Below, one piece after another: positions 1 to 15,505 of a DNA stretch of 64,000 nt. Position numbers and translations under genes: made by a program. Each line of letters opens with the position of its first letter. Position 1 is the stretch's first letter. Source of the DNA: Piromyces finnis finn (Eukaryota > Fungi > Neocallimastigomycota); the NCBI GenBank assembly GCA_002104945.1, contig MCFH01000012.1, forward strand, positions 62,001 through 126,000, written 5' to 3'. Below the pieces are notes generated by a model, which ran no database searches, was not told the origin of the DNA, and was given only the letters and a program-made list of their open reading frames with translations.

Positions 1-34
1 ATAATTTTTAATATATATTATGTGATGTTATTAC

Positions 35-1175
35 CTTCAATTTTTATATTTAATGTATTATTTAAGCAACGATGAATAAAAAGATTGGTTAAATCTACAA
101 CACCTTGATATTCCTTTGGAACATATGGAAGGAACATTGAATTAAATTTTAATTCAACATCACATTGTTGAAGACCATCACCTGATGGGTCCAATTGAAA
201 GGAGGCATATCCTGTATATAAAGTTTTAGATGGTGATGCAACAGGAATAAATACTGGTAATATACATCCTGTATTATGAAAAGCAATACTAAATGAAGAT
301 AATAAAAGATTAGCTGTGTTAACATCTAATGTTGTAGAAGATAAATGACTTTTTGAGGTATCATAAACTTCAATAGTTAAAAGATGTGTAAATCCTGTCC
401 AACGATGTAATGGGTGTGCAACAGATTGTGTAGATGAAGGCATACCATCACTCTGTATCGGAACAGTTATTAATGAATGAAATGGATTTTGCAAGCGATT
501 TAATTCTGAGTTATGAAATTCAATTTTACTTTCATAAGAAGATTTAGATTTTGTTTGTAATGATATATTACTATTAGATAAATCAAGCTTTTCGTTAATG
601 GTAGATCTTCTTCTTAATAGTGGTGGTTGTGAACTTGTAGAAGTATCATTATTATCATTCCAATTAAAATTGAAACACTTTCCTTTTGTTTTCCACATAT
701 TATTTTCACTATATTGTTCTTTATCTGGTAAATAATGATAAGATATTACAAACATGCTTTCACCCATAACTAACTTTTCTTGACGCATATATGGTGATAT
801 TTCATCATTTTCTCCATCTCCTATATCAGATATTGAAGAAATAATATCTGGATCAAATGAACCCAATTTTCCACTATCTATATCCCATAAATGTATAACT
901 TCTTCAATTGAAGCAACTAATTTTTCCCAAGAACCGATTGAAGTATAATCTTTATTAAATTAAAAAAAAATTAGAAAATACATATATATTTTTGAAAATT
1001 AATGTAAATATAAATATAATTTTTAGCCTTTAAATTATAATTTATTATCCATTATCATTTTACTAGTAGGATTATATATTGTTTATTTATCAATTTATAA
1101 ATAATCATTTATAAATAATGAAATCATTTCTTATTTACCAACAATCTCGAAAATTTCGTCGTCCTCCTTATTCAT
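35..1175 (-). CDS. RAB3GAP1: Rab3 GTPase-activating protein catalytic subunit-like, 5' part (exon 1 1175-1139, exon 2 949-35; continues beyond the window)
   Basis: Spliced N-terminus MNKEDDEIFEIV/DYTSIGSWEKLVASIEE matches the recalled RAB3GAP1 start (EVFEITDFTTASEWERFISKVEE). NLLLSSFSIAFHNTGCILPVFIPV matches the LLSSVSIALGNTGCQVPLFV motif. GT-AG junctions are in frame. Confidence 0.8.
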
Positions 1176-3600
1176 TATTATATTATTTTATTTATATAAT
1201 TATATAACTACTATATATTTATAAATTTTAATAATGAAAAAAAAAATAAAACAAAATAAGAAATATATATAGTCAAATTAATAAATTGTTAAAATTTAAT
1301 AAATATAAGAAATATATATTTCTATATAATAAAAATAAAATTAATGAAAATAAAATAAAAAAAATAAAAGTAAAAATAAAAATAAATAAAAAAGGAAAAG
1401 AAAATTGTATATATTCTTAATAAATATATTTTTATCTTTCCATTATGAACTTAAAAATTTTGAAATTTAAAAAGATTTTTAACATTAATTATTATTAACA
1501 TTTTCCTTTTGAACATTTTTATGAAATAATATCATTAGTTAAAATAATAATATATAAAGATATTTTACATTTACTTAATATATGTTTTGATTATTATTAC
1601 TAAAGCTATAATTTGTTAATTTAGAAAATAATATTTTTTTTTTTTTTTTGTTTTATTTTATTTTATTTTTATTATTATTAATTAGTATGTTTATTAAAAG
1701 TAATTTAATATAAATTATTTAATTTGAATGAACTTTACATTTTTTGTAAAAAAAAAAATATTTACATTCTCATTTAAAAAATATTTATTATTTTAAAGAT
1801 AGTATATTTAACTTTAATGTTCTTATTCTTGTTTCATTGTATTAAATTTTATAATTAATTATATTAATATAATAATTCCTTTATGAATTAAAAATTAAAA
1901 GAAATTCACCTTTTTCATTTAATCTCAATGAAGTTATTCATTACTTTTTTTTTAAACTTACTTTTTAAAAAAATACACATTAAAACATTGTGATATTTAA
2001 TATTTCAAGCCACAATTTATGAAAATGATTTAATATAATGTTACACATTAAATTCACTTGTATGAAAAGGTTAATAAAAAAAATGTTTAAAAGTAAAAAA
2101 AAATTATTAAATTGGCAATCCGTTAATAATAAAGTTGATTTTAAAAGGGAAATAATATTACTTTGATTGATAAATTATGATATTTATATTGGTTTTTTAA
2201 GTAATATATATATATATAATTAAATATTAAAAAACATTTATGTAAAAATATATATATATAAAAAAAAGTAATTATTATGATATTTGTATGATATTAGAAT
2301 TATATATGTTTTTTTTTTTTGTGATAGAATAACTTGTTTTTATCTAGAATTTACTATAATATTTTTATCTGATATTTCAGTTAATAAAATAAAGTTTAAT
2401 CATCTATTATTTACAATATTATTTTTCATGATAATTAAAGTTAAAATTAATTCTAATATTAAAGAAAAAGAGTTGGTATAATTTATTTAGAAAGACAACA
2501 TCAACAACAAAAATGAATGCCAATTTTCTAATTTGAATATTTTAAATTATTAATTTAAACACTCAAATAATAATTGAAATAATCTACAGCTAATGTAATT
2601 ATTATAAAGTAATAAAAACTGAATTAAAATTGATTTATACTTCTAAACTTTAATATTCATTTTAACTTTATTCTTTGAAATTGTAATAAATGATATTCTT
2701 AAACATATTTATAATAATTTATATACAAATAATTGGAATACATTGAACAAAATGATGTCTTTTCTTTTATTTTAAAAAAGTAATAATTAAGAATAAAACT
2801 AATTTTTATAATACAATATTTTCTTTTTCATATTCTATGATCTTGTAGTTGTAATATAAATAGTTATTAATAAATCCTTTCCCTTTTAGAAAAAATAAAA
2901 AGATAAAATAAGTAGTTTTAATAACATTTCATTATACTTTGAATAGTTTATTATGGTACGCCATAATATGAATATAAATTATATTTTCCTTTTATCTCAA
3001 GCAATTTAAAAAACTTTTTTTTTTTTTAAAAAAATTCTTTAATATTGAAATTAATTTTAATTATTTAATTTCAATGTATGTAGATTACATCAAACCAAAA
3101 AAAAAAAAAAAAATCATTAAAAATGATTTAATTAATAATTTAATTTAAAATCAAAATAAATAAAGATATTTTTCATATAAATTAATATTTAAAAAGATAT
3201 TTTAAGCTGCTTTTTCAATGTATTAATAATCTTTTTTTCTTCCAGGTTTTTTCTTTTTTCTTTTTTTTTATAAATATATCTTTTATTTAAAATTCTTTTT
3301 TTTTTTTTAATTTAATTTAAATATAAAAAATATTTATATTAATTAATAAATAAAATAATTTTTAATAAGAAATAAACTTTTTTTTTTATTTATTAATATA
3401 ATTAAAATAATAATAAAAAAATTTATATTAAAAAAAAATTAAATAAAAAAAAAAAATTAATATAAAATAAAATAAAAATAAATATTTTTTCTTTTTTTTT
3501 TTTTTAATACTTTAGAAAAAAAAAAAGTATTTTAAAAATATTATTAAAACTACTTTAAAGAAGTTAATTTAAAAGTAATAACATTTTTAAAAACAGTAAA

Positions 3601-4670
3601 ATGGATAAGATTAAGGAAGTAAGAATTAAAATCAATTATTTATATTATATAATAAAATATTAATACATAATAATAATAATAATAAAGGGAACAGATAAAT
3701 AATAAATAAATAAAAAAACGAAAAATAAAAAATAGTATATATATACATACATATAATAGTTTTAAAAAAACGTGTATCTTTTATAAAAAAATAGAATATA
3801 TATAATTTTAATTAAAAAAAAAAAAAGTGATCAAAATTAATTTACATAAATAAATAAATAAATAAAGATAACATAAAATAGAAAAAAAAAAAAAAAAAAA
3901 AAAACAAAATTTTTAGAAATGAAAAAATTAAAAATAAATTATTAACTATAATAATTATATATATATATAAAAAGAAACTTAACTCTCTTCGTGACGAAGC
4001 TGAAAAGGCTAGAGCTCGTGCTGATGATGCTGAAGCCCAAGCTGCCAGCTACAAGGAAGAATTATCTAAGAAGGATCAAGAAATCTTTGCTTTAAACAAC
4101 AAGATCTCCAACTTAGAAATGGATATTAGCAGAGCTGACAAGAGAAATGAAGAAGTAAATATAAATTAATACTACTTAATAATATAATATATTTTAAATA
4201 AGAAAAAAAATTAATTCTGTTAATTTCTTATATAGTTATCCGTTGCTAAGGCTGAAAGCGATGGGGATAGAACTCGTTTAGAAGAATTACAAAGAAAGTT
4301 ACAAATGGTTGAAGAACAATTAGAAGAAAAGGAAAGACTATTAAATGACACTACTCAAAAGTAAATACTTACATATAATATGCAATATTTTAAAGATATT
4401 TTATTTTTATTAAAAAAATATATTCACCATGTCACTAATTAAATTATTGTTAATATTATTATGAATATTTTTTCTTTTCATATTTAATTCGTAAAAACTT
4501 TAAAAAGGTTAAGAAACTTTGAACTTCAAACCGAACAACTTGATCGTCAATGTTCTCGTTTAGAAAGCGAAAGAACTGAATTAGAAAACAAATTAAATGA
4601 AATGACTGAAAAGTACAACAACACTAAGAGTGAATTAGAAAGCACCTTACAAGGTCTCGAAGATTTATAA
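3601..4670 (+). CDS. TPM1: Tropomyosin, 161 aa, 4 exons (3601-3618, 3975-4154, 4236-4360, 4508-4670); not in the ORF track
   Basis: MDKIKE/KLNSLRDEAEKARARADDAE...LESTLQGLEDL*. Continuous coiled coil, the MDKI start typical of fungal tropomyosin, exons sum to 486 nt, high-expression codon usage. Confidence 0.93.
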
Positions 4671-5271
4671 GCATAAAGAACTTAATATCATTTTGAATAT
4701 CTTTAGAGTGTAAAATATATTTATATGACCCTATTGTATTATATAAATATTTTTAATAATATATAAAAACAATGCCTCATTAATAATGGAATATATAATT
4801 TTTATTAGAGAAAATTATATTTAAGAAAAAAAAAATATGTAAAAAGAATTTAAAAAAAAAAGTTAAAGCAAAAAAATATAATAAAAAATAAACAAATAAT
4901 AAAACAAATAAAAAAAAAAATGTTTTATTGTAATAATCCATTTTGAATGGGTTAATAATTGATATTAAGAATTTTTTTTTTTTTTTTTTTATATTTATTT
5001 TGATATAAAATTAAAGATTTTATTTATAAATATGTATTATAAAAGAGGTAGAAAAAGAGATAAGAAAAAAAAAAAAAAACTATCAATATTAATTTATTTG
5101 CTTTTATTTTATTTATTTTTTTTTCTTTTTTTTTTTTTTTTTTGATTTATTCTTTTTATATTACGGGATTATTATTTGCTTTATTTTTATTATTTATTTT
5201 TTTCTTAATATTATACTACTATTTATATAATGTAAAAACAATTTTTTTTTTTTTTTTTTTTTTTAATCCTA

Positions 5272-8200
5272 TTATTTATGGAATTCTTCCTTAAGATCTA
5301 ATAAATCAGATTCAATAACTCTATCAATAAATTCATTATCTACAGGTAATAATTGTATAGTAGAGTCATAAATACATTTACTGATATGATAAACAAATTC
5401 ATTAATTTGTTTTTTATCCGATATTTGCTTTACAGTAATTAATAATTTCTTTGAGGTTTGTGATGCTTCATTCTTATTGACATTATCGTTATTCTTCTAT
5501 ACGTAATTGAAATATTTAAAAAAAAAAAAAAAAATTTTTTTAGTATTTTAAAATACATAAACTAATTTTTGATGAATTTATTTATATGGTTAGATAAAAA
5601 AAAAGATTAAATAGATTCACTTACCATTGTAATTTCTTCTTCATCCTTGGATTGACCCTTCAACCATATTAATTTTAATTTATCCATTAAAGATAATTTT
5701 GTAAGGTTAGATAAAGCATTATCATTAGAAATAGTTTCACAAGTTTCGCTAATAAATATCCATTGATGACTAAACAGAATAAAAAAATTTTTTATTATTA
5801 ATTTTTTTTATCTAAATGTATTTTTTTTTTTTAAATGATAATTTTTTTTATATGATAATAATTACAGTTGAAATTCTTGTGGTGCTAATACAATTAATAA
5901 CTCAAGGAATTTTAGTGAAGATAATAAAAGTTTTAATTCTTCATCAGTATATTGTTTATCTTCTTTCATAGAAACATCAATATACTTTTCATACAAGTTA
6001 AACTTTATTGATTGTAAAAAATGAGGAATTAATTAGATTTTTTTTTTTTTTTTTTTTTTTTTATTTTTTAAATATTATTAATATATTAATATAATTATTC
6101 TTAAAATGAATCAATATTATGTAAATAATTTAAGGATAAATTTCAAAACATACCAATTCGGTAAATATAACAGGCCAGAAATTGGCTAAATGCTTTGTTG
6201 AAATTCTTCTGAGCAAAACTCTTAAAAATATGTAAACCTTTTTATATTAAATAAAAATAGAGTGTTTTATTAGAAAAAGGTGTAAATCTATTTTATTCTA
6301 TTATTATTATTATTATTATTGAATAAATGACTTTTTTATTTATTTATTTAAATATTGAAGAAATTTAAGATGTCTTTTTTTAAAAAAAAAATTGCTTACT
6401 TCAATATTAGTTATATTATTAGATTCTTTTAATAATTCAACAATCTTTTCTTGTATTATTGGAAGTTGTTTTAAATATTGATCATTTTCACCAGAGAAAA
6501 TAATATATCCTAATCTTCGTAACATTAATGCTCTATTCATTAAATCTTGTTCTCTTGAAATGAAGATATTAGTTGGAGAACCTAAAGTAATACGACCTAT
6601 GAAAATGGAAATATAGATTTTTATTTTTATTTTTATTTAATTTTAATTTTTTTTTAAATTAATTATTTTTTATTTGTTTATAATAAAAGAATAAATATAT
6701 ATATATATATTAGGGAAAAAAAAAAAAAAAAACTTACTAATTAAATCACTAAATTTTTCACTTTCCGATTGCATAATAGTATTCATAATTTTTTTCCAAC
6801 GTTCACTAATCTTAAGATTCATTCTAAAGAATTTTCCATTATAAAACATATCCCAAATTTCTTTACGGTAACAACGATGAGTATATGAAAGTTTCATCAT
6901 TTCAATGATTAAATCTAAAGTCACTACTAATGCAATTGTTTCTTCATTACGATTTTTAAAAACATTTGAAATAATATGATAGTTAATATTATTACAAACA
7001 CTAATCACCTTTTCTTGATCAACTAATATTTTTCGAATAATAGGGAATACAACATTGGAAATATACATAATAATCTATATCATATTTAATAAATCAATAT
7101 AAATATCAATACTTTAGAATAGTATCAAGAAAAAAAAAAAAAAACATATAAAATACAATTTATAATTTATTTTTATCTATTAAAAAATAATAATGCTATA
7201 TTTTAAATAATAATTAGGAAATAATATTATTTATTTACTTCAACATATCCCATTTCATCTTTTTGTACTGAAAATTTCGATCTTTCAATATCGGTTGGTG
7301 GGCATAATATATAAGTGGATGAATTGTCTTAACATATATAAGATAAAAAAAAATGAATATTTTGTTAAAAGAGTTTTTTTTTTTTTTTTTTTTTTTCATT
7401 AATATTATCACTATTCATTGGAATAATTTATTTACTATTGTCATGACTATTAAGTGTATTTGACCAGGATGAACTTTCAAATATCTTTTGACATTGTGCA
7501 ATACATATATCTAATATACGTTGATATATATCCTTTTTTTATTTATATATAATGTTTTAAAGTTAATATTATAAATATATATTACAATAATAAAATGAAC
7601 CATTTATTAACTAAAATTATATTTATACAATATTTTAATGGAATTATCGATAAAAAAAAAACAAAAACTTTTTTTTTTTTTTCCTACTTACTTGTTGATC
7701 TTTTCTTAAACTTCTATCTTCAAACATATCTGTTTTGAATAACCTTTCAATGATTGTTGTCATTAATCTAAATAATTTAAGTGATAATAATAACAATAAT
7801 AATATAGTTATTATAAAACGTTTTTAGTTTTTTATTTTCAAAAAAAAAAAAAAAAAAAAAATTTTTTTTATTATTTAGTGGTTTTTTTTTTATTTATTTT
7901 TTTCTACCTTAATAAAGAATAGAACAAAATTTTATTGGAATTTCCTTGTTGTAAAGTATCCTTAATAAAACTAATAATAGTTTGCCATAAATCTCTTAAA
8001 ACTTTATCATCTTCAATTTGTTTGGTGTAAATTTCCCAAAAGTAAATAATTGTTAATTCCGGCCTATTAAAATATTCATTTTATAAATAATTTATAAAAT
8101 ATAGATTTTAATATTTAGAATATTTAAAGAAAATGGATTGATAAAAATAAATAGTATTATTTTAAAAACTTGTTATTATATATATTTTCTTTTACATTTT

Positions 8201-8818
8201 TAATATTTTCATTTTGTTTTTTTGATGTCTTCTTCTTCTAAGATTGGAAATAATAGTTTGTATGACAGCAATCGGAGAACAGTCATCAATACATTTCATC
8301 ATTTGGAATATAGAATTGGTTTTGCGATTGACATCAAATGATTTCTTAATATTTAATTGGGATTATGAATTGTTTTCGAAATAAAAATATATACATATAT
8401 TTAATAAATATTTAAATATCAATTTTATTTTTTATTTATTATGTTCTGCCCCTCCCCCCCTCTTTTAAAAAAATATAAATTATATAATAGAGATTATCTT
8501 TTAAAAAAAAAATCTTACCTCATTTTCAATACATTCTAAAAGCCAAATTTCGATGAGTGATTCAATTACATAAACATAATTAATACGGTATATAGAATTT
8601 AAATATCTTTTTATCATATTTTTATATTTTTCTCCAGTATATAAAAATTCGGATATTGGTACATTATCATAGAATGAATTTTCTGTTAATACTAAATCTT
8701 TTTGTTTTGATGATAATTCAGAAATATCATCAATAATAGACCAAGTTTGTTGGAAAATGTTAATTAATTTTGGTAAATTTCCAAAAAGCCATTCTTTTAT
8801 CTAATTATCCCAGAAATA

Positions 8819-8854
<36 letters not shown>

Positions 8855-9497
8855 GTAGCTTTTAATAAAAGAAAAAAGTAATACCTATAGAATATTAAAT
8901 TTCTAATAAAAAAATATATTTTTTCCCCCCTTTAATTAATATTACCTTTATTTTAGAATTTTCATCTACTGAAATATCATCGATATTGGTATTAAAGATA
9001 GAAGTGACGTAATTTGAAAAAGATTTAATTCCAAAGTTATAGGCAATTTCATCGGATTCATCGGCATTATCGGTAAGACAACATTTAAAAAGTCTTTCTA
9101 ATCCATAAAGGATAATTTGAGCATCATAATCATTATACAAATCCTTTTTAATAATTTTAAATTCTGCTTCACTTAATTCTTGTTGCTCCTTAAATACTTC
9201 TTCCAACTTTTTCATACTTTCTAAATACTTTTCTAATTCATTACAAAGACATTGAATGATCGGTTGAATATATATAAAGAATGAAATTTGAAGCGTTTGA
9301 ACACATGATAAAATGAATTCTATCCAATAAAGCAATAAAGAACGATTTGAATTCATCGATAAAGCATCTAGGGTGGTATGTAAAAATATATAGGATAAAT
9401 CTAAAAAAAAAAAAAAAGGTGAAAGAAAAGAAAAAAAAAATATTAAATTTTGTATATATATTTATATATTTTACTTTTTATTTTTGTTTATATTTCG

Positions 9498-9535
<38 letters not shown>

Positions 9536-10696
9536 ATATTATAAAAAAAAAAAAAACTTACCCAACATTCTTTCATTGACAGAATCATCATACACTATCT
9601 TTGAAACTTCGGATGATTCATTTTTTTTAGTTTTTTTACTACTACTATTGTTACTGGTATCGTTTGATTCACTAAGCGAAAGATTTAAATCACTTAATAT
9701 ATTAGAATTGCTGTTACTTTCTGAAGATGTATTTTTATTATCCATCTTTTTACGTTCGTTCATCTTTAAAACAAATTTTGTGATATCAATATTATTAAAG
9801 TATTCTTTATATTTTGGGAAGGATAAATGAACAGTTAAATTTAAAATTTTTAATAATGGTACTTGAATTTGTAATTTTTCATTGAAAATACAAAATAATA
9901 ATTTTCTTAAGATTATCTCCTGTATTACTGGAATTTGTGAATATATATTTTCCTTTTCTCTGGGAATGAAATTTAAAATAATATATAATAATTTTTCACT
10001 TTGAAGTTGAATAGAATCATTTTTAGTTTTATTTTCCTCAGAGAAACTAGTAGGTGTTTCCGATTGAATAAATCTGGTTTTAATAAATTAATTAAAAACA
10101 ACAACAACAACATTATTATTTTTAATAATATTAATATATACTATTTTATTTATGAATAATAATAAAAAAGAAAAGCTAGGAATATTTACAATAGACAGGT
10201 AAGTGCAATAAATTCACCGTAAGTAACATTTGAAGATTCATAATTATATTCTAATGATAAAAAAAATATATGTATTAGTACACATACCAAGAATATAAAA
10301 ATTAATTAATGATTGAATCTAGATAAAATAAATGTTGGTAAATATACTTTTAGATAAGATGTCCCATTTATTTAATAAGGAAACTAATTTTACTGGTGTT
10401 TTCCATAGCTTTTTAACATATATTTGTGATAAACTAGTAATTAAGGTAATGATACATTCAAAAGCATAATTAACTTGATCAAAATTAATTTCTTTTACGT
10501 ATTTATAATTAGTTATTTTAGAATTTTCATATTCTAATTCTTCACCCTTTCTAGTTATTAATGAACTATGTAGAATTTGTAATAATGGATCGAAGCAACT
10601 GTTGTATATATTGATTTTTTTTTAAAAGGATATTAACATTAGAATTTTAAATATCATAAATAATAAATTTTAATAAATACCAAATAGTAGTATTAA

Positions 10697-10794
<98 letters not shown>

Positions 10795-13700
10795 TTACTT
10801 ACACACAAATATCTTTAACATATATTTTAAACCATTGTTCACCCATTTGTTTTTCTTGAGGATTATTACTAAATAATGTATCAAAAAGGATAAATAATGG
10901 CTGTGAAAATAAAGTAGATGGATTAACCATGGTATCTTTTCATACAACACGGAAATAATTATAATAAAGAAGAAAAAAAATTTTTAATTCATGTAAAATG
11001 TAAAAAAAATTTTTTTCATATGATTATTTTAATTATATATATATATTTTCTTTTCAAAATTTTTACCTGCTGTTCTCCATAATACACCAAATTTTTTAAT
11101 ATTTTCCTGTTTATTTTCATTTGTATTTAGGTACACAGAGAGAATTTTTTCTATGGTATATGTTGATGAAATAAATGTACTAAATTCTAAAATTAATTTT
11201 ACAGTTTGTATATGATAGGAAACACAATCTTCGGACAAATAGTTCCATAACTATATGTCATATTAATATTATTATATAATTATTATTGTTGCGTAGATTC
11301 GGAGAGGAGAAAAGAAAAGAAAAAAATTAATATTACATTTAAATTATATTATAATTATTACTACTTTATTTACCTTTTCGATAACTTTAACAACAAAATT
11401 ATAATCACTAATAATTTCTTTTATGATAAAACTCTTTTTACTAATAAGATCAAATAACAGTAATAATGAAGAATTGATAATTTGGAAATTATTTATCTAT
11501 AAAATATTTATAAGAATACATATATATAAACCAAATTTTAATATATAAATAATGTTTTTGTATATATAATTAAGAATAAAATATTTTACCGAGATACAGG
11601 ATTCCTTTAAAAGCAAAATCCAATTTGGAATAGATTTGTCAGATTGAGAAGAAATAACATTTCCAAAAGTTTTTCTACCATATTTATTATAACTTTGGTA
11701 AATTGCTTCATTATTTGTTTGATCAAAATGACGAATATAGTCGGTTTCGACAGGGACAAATTCTAGTTTACATGGATTAATAGAATTCTCAGACATTTCA
11801 AAGATTAAAGTGCATAAATTACTATATAATTCTATCTTCCATTTTTTATAATGTTGACTTTCAACAGGAGAATCAATATTTATTTTATCATTACTGTTAT
11901 AGAAAGAAAGTTGCTGTTGTTGTTGTTGCTGTTGTTGTAAAAGAATATCATCCATTGTTTCCTTTTTAAATATACATCTTAAAGTATAAATTTCATAGAT
12001 ATTAAAAATAATAGTTAAACTTTTTTTAAGACAACAATGGGCAACATAGGAACAATGATCCACAGTTGCATTTTCAACAATAGAAGATATATATTCTGGA
12101 TTATCATCCAACATATTTTGATGATTCAAACCAGATTCATTATTAGCTGATAAACGATTATTATAGGTATCGATAATATTTGACATTTGCATTTTGTAAT
12201 AATCCTTAATGAACGAGTATTCATTAAATTTATTAGAAGTGATATAAATACCAACTGGTGTTGTTTTTAATTCATTAATCTTTGATTCGGTATATTTAAA
12301 GGTACTTTTGGAAATTTTGTTTAAAATAGAAAGTAATAATTTCATGTAAACCATAATATTATCATTACATTCTTCGTAATCATCAATTTCCTAAATAATG
12401 AAATATTTATAGATAAAAATGATATATTTATATATATATATATATAAAATAAAGGAATTAATTATTATCAGTATTATAATAATTAATTTATATACATAAA
12501 CCTAAACATGTATTATTTTATAACACATGTTTAGGTTTATGAAATGTCAATGCTAAATAGTAATTAAATTTACATTTAATTTATTAATCATTAAATAAAA
12601 ACAAAATGGTAAATGAATAATTTCAGCTTCTTCATCCGTAATTTTTATAAATGAAATAAGAAATTCAAATAGTTGATAAATCTATTAAATATTGTATTTA
12701 AAATATATAGAGATATGAATAAAGAAATATATATAGTTTTTAATATTATATATATATTTTAATGTTTCATTATCAAAATTTTTGTTTTTTTTTTTTTTAA
12801 TGTTATGTTTTAAATGAAATTTAATTTGATACCTCTTTATAATCATTTTCATCCTTTGGATGATGTTTTTCTAAATTATGGAAAATATTTGACCATATAA
12901 TATATGGTTCAATCATACTAAGGAACATATTTACTGTATTGATTAACTAATTTTAAATAAATGAAATATGAAAAAATGTTTATACAATTGTATATATTAA
13001 AAGAGGGTTGAATTAGTTGAATAAACATTATAATTTATAACTTATAGAATAGGAAAAAGTAATTATCATTTTTAACTAAATATATATATATATATAACTA
13101 TATATTTACTTCATCACCTATATTGGAATTATTATAATGATAATAAACTGATTTTAAAATACTAATGAATAGTTCATCCACAATGATGAGACCAATTCTT
13201 GAATCATCCAATAAAGATAACAATATTTTATATGGTTTTTGGAATTCTTCTTTAACCAATAACATTTTCTTTTTTTTTTTTTTTTTTAAACAAATAATAT
13301 ATAGTAATAGAAGGTTGAAGATACAAAAAAAAAAAAAAAAAAAGAGGAAGTGAAGGAATAACAGCAATATAAAAAAAAAATAATTTTAATAATTTTAATA
13401 GATCGATCAATTTTTCAAAAATATAAATTATATCATATGAATTTATTTCAGGGAAAAGGAAAAAATATAAAAAATATTACCTTTAATGATCTACAAATAC
13501 TTCCTTTAATGTAATCGCTTAAATGAGGCTTTGAATTTTCATTAATAATACCCAATAACCAGGAATATAACCTTCGGTTTAATGACATATCTTTACGAAG
13601 GACAACAGTAATTGCAGATGCCACAACAATATCTAAATCTTCATCTGAGAAAGGTTCATAGCATACAGGTAAATAAGATACTAAAAGTTCTAAAGCTGAT

Positions 13701-15505
13701 CTTTGAACTAATAAATCATCATCAACTAAGGAAGCTGCAATGCATCTTGAACATATGACAATATTTCCAGCAAATATACTTTTCATCTCTTTATATATAT
13801 GGTTTATATGTATTACAAATATATATTACGACATTTGTTATTTCCTGAAACTTGATAATAAAATAAAATTTGAAAATAATTACTATTGTTGTTTTACCTT
13901 CAGCAGAATTCGGTTTTTTAAATATTTTTAAAATATATGAAAAAGCGTAAAGACGCTGACTTGAAGATGATATAATACCTAAAAATAAACAATGATAAAA
14001 GTATTCTTTACCAACAATATCACATAATTTATTCATTAAATTATATGTCTATTATTAAAAAAAAAAAAAGATGTCTATTAATTTTTTGATGAATTAGAAC
14101 AATTTACTATTAAAAATGTATATATACCAATATACAACTATTTATATATTATTTCAAATACTAATATTATTATGATTCTATGATTCTATAATTTTATTAT
14201 TATAATTATTACTTGTTCATAGTATTCATTTCCTTCATCTTCAAAACCTGGTAATAATGCCAAAATTAAACTTTTCATACATGGTTTTAAGTCTTTTCCG
14301 AGTGGTAAATAATATTTTTCATACATGTTTAATAATTGAGGCTTATTATAAATATCAATAATTATAAAATAATATTTTTAATAATTACCATTTTATTAAA
14401 TTCTTTTTTTTTTTTTTAATAATAATACGGAAGGAGAGATATACCTTAACATTCATAGCTGAGTATTGTAATAATGGAAATAAACCATAGGAATAAAGAT
14501 TTAAATCTTGACTTAAACCTTCAGACTATAATTATTTAATATTAATTGATTAAAAAAAAAATTTATTTTATTATTATTGTTGTTGTTTCTTCAATTCCTT
14601 TCCAATTATTTGGATTTTAAATAATATTACACTATTTTGTTATATTAATTGAAATTACCCCAATAGATTGAAATATAATAGAATAGACTTCTAATGTTTT
14701 TTGGTGTACTCCTGATGGTAATGCTGGATTTAAACATTGTGCAAGTCTTTTTGAAATTAGAAATTTATGAGGAATTGATTTAAATTGAGAATTTGATGAT
14801 AATGCCTTAAATATTAAATATATTTAAATATTAATTTTTTTTTTTTTTTTTTTTTAAATGAAATATTTAAAAAAGACAAGTCTTTTTTTTTTTTAATAAA
14901 AAAAAAAAAATAAAATAAAAAACCCAAACCTTGCTTAATCTTGTTAAAAATCCAATAACATCAGCCCATTCACTAACGGCATCAAATGTTGATAAAATTT
15001 TTTCGATATTTTGACTGTGTCTTTTAAACTTTGGAGATTTTATTATTTCTTTATTGAAAAGAGGTTTAATTGTATTAAAGTAAATAAATAAATGAAAGTA
15101 ATGATATTTTAGTAATTGGGATGTTATAAAGATATAAAAATATATTTTTTAATAAATAAATTAAGATATATATTGCTTTTTTTCTTTTCTTTCTTTTTTT
15201 TTTTTAACTTTTTATTTTATTTTTTTTTTTTTTTTTATTTTATTTTTTTTTTTTTTTGCTTATTTGTTAATATATACAAAAGATAATTTTTAAAGAATTT
15301 TAATTTCATTTTAACTTTTAATTATTTTGTTTAACTATTTTTATATATATACAACATGTAATTTCTAAAGTATATTAAATTTATTTATTCTTTCAAAAAA
15401 AATATTTTATTTATTTTTTTTTTTTTTTCAATTTATAAAATGAAATGTGGATTACATAATGAATTAACTACCTTCCAAAGAGCTCGATTGTGATTTATTA
15501 TACAT
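5272..15505 (-). CDS. DOP1: Dopey/DOP1 endosome-Golgi trafficking protein, many exons
   Basis: N-terminal Dopey motifs [72 protein letters not shown] and [19 protein letters not shown]-terminal [21 protein letters not shown]. Exon 1 is inferred at 15505-15472 and the stop ends at 5272. Internal exon boundaries are not all resolved. Confidence 0.92.
10701..10794. repeat. (ATT)n microsatellite, about 31 units, in a DOP1 intron
   Basis: Perfect trinucleotide run seen directly. Confidence 0.97.
12495..12541. repeat. Perfect 17-bp inverted repeat with a 13-nt loop, in a DOP1 intron
   Basis: CATAAACCTAAACATGT (12495-12511) and ACATGTTTAGGTTTATG (12525-12541) are exact reverse complements. Confidence 0.9.

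Noticed and set aside
2284-2481. Phe/Ile/Lys-rich short ORF; similar ones at 9347, 13165, 21766, 52223, 61392 and 63655
   Set aside because: Translations of A/T homopolymer intergenic or intronic DNA with no coding signature.
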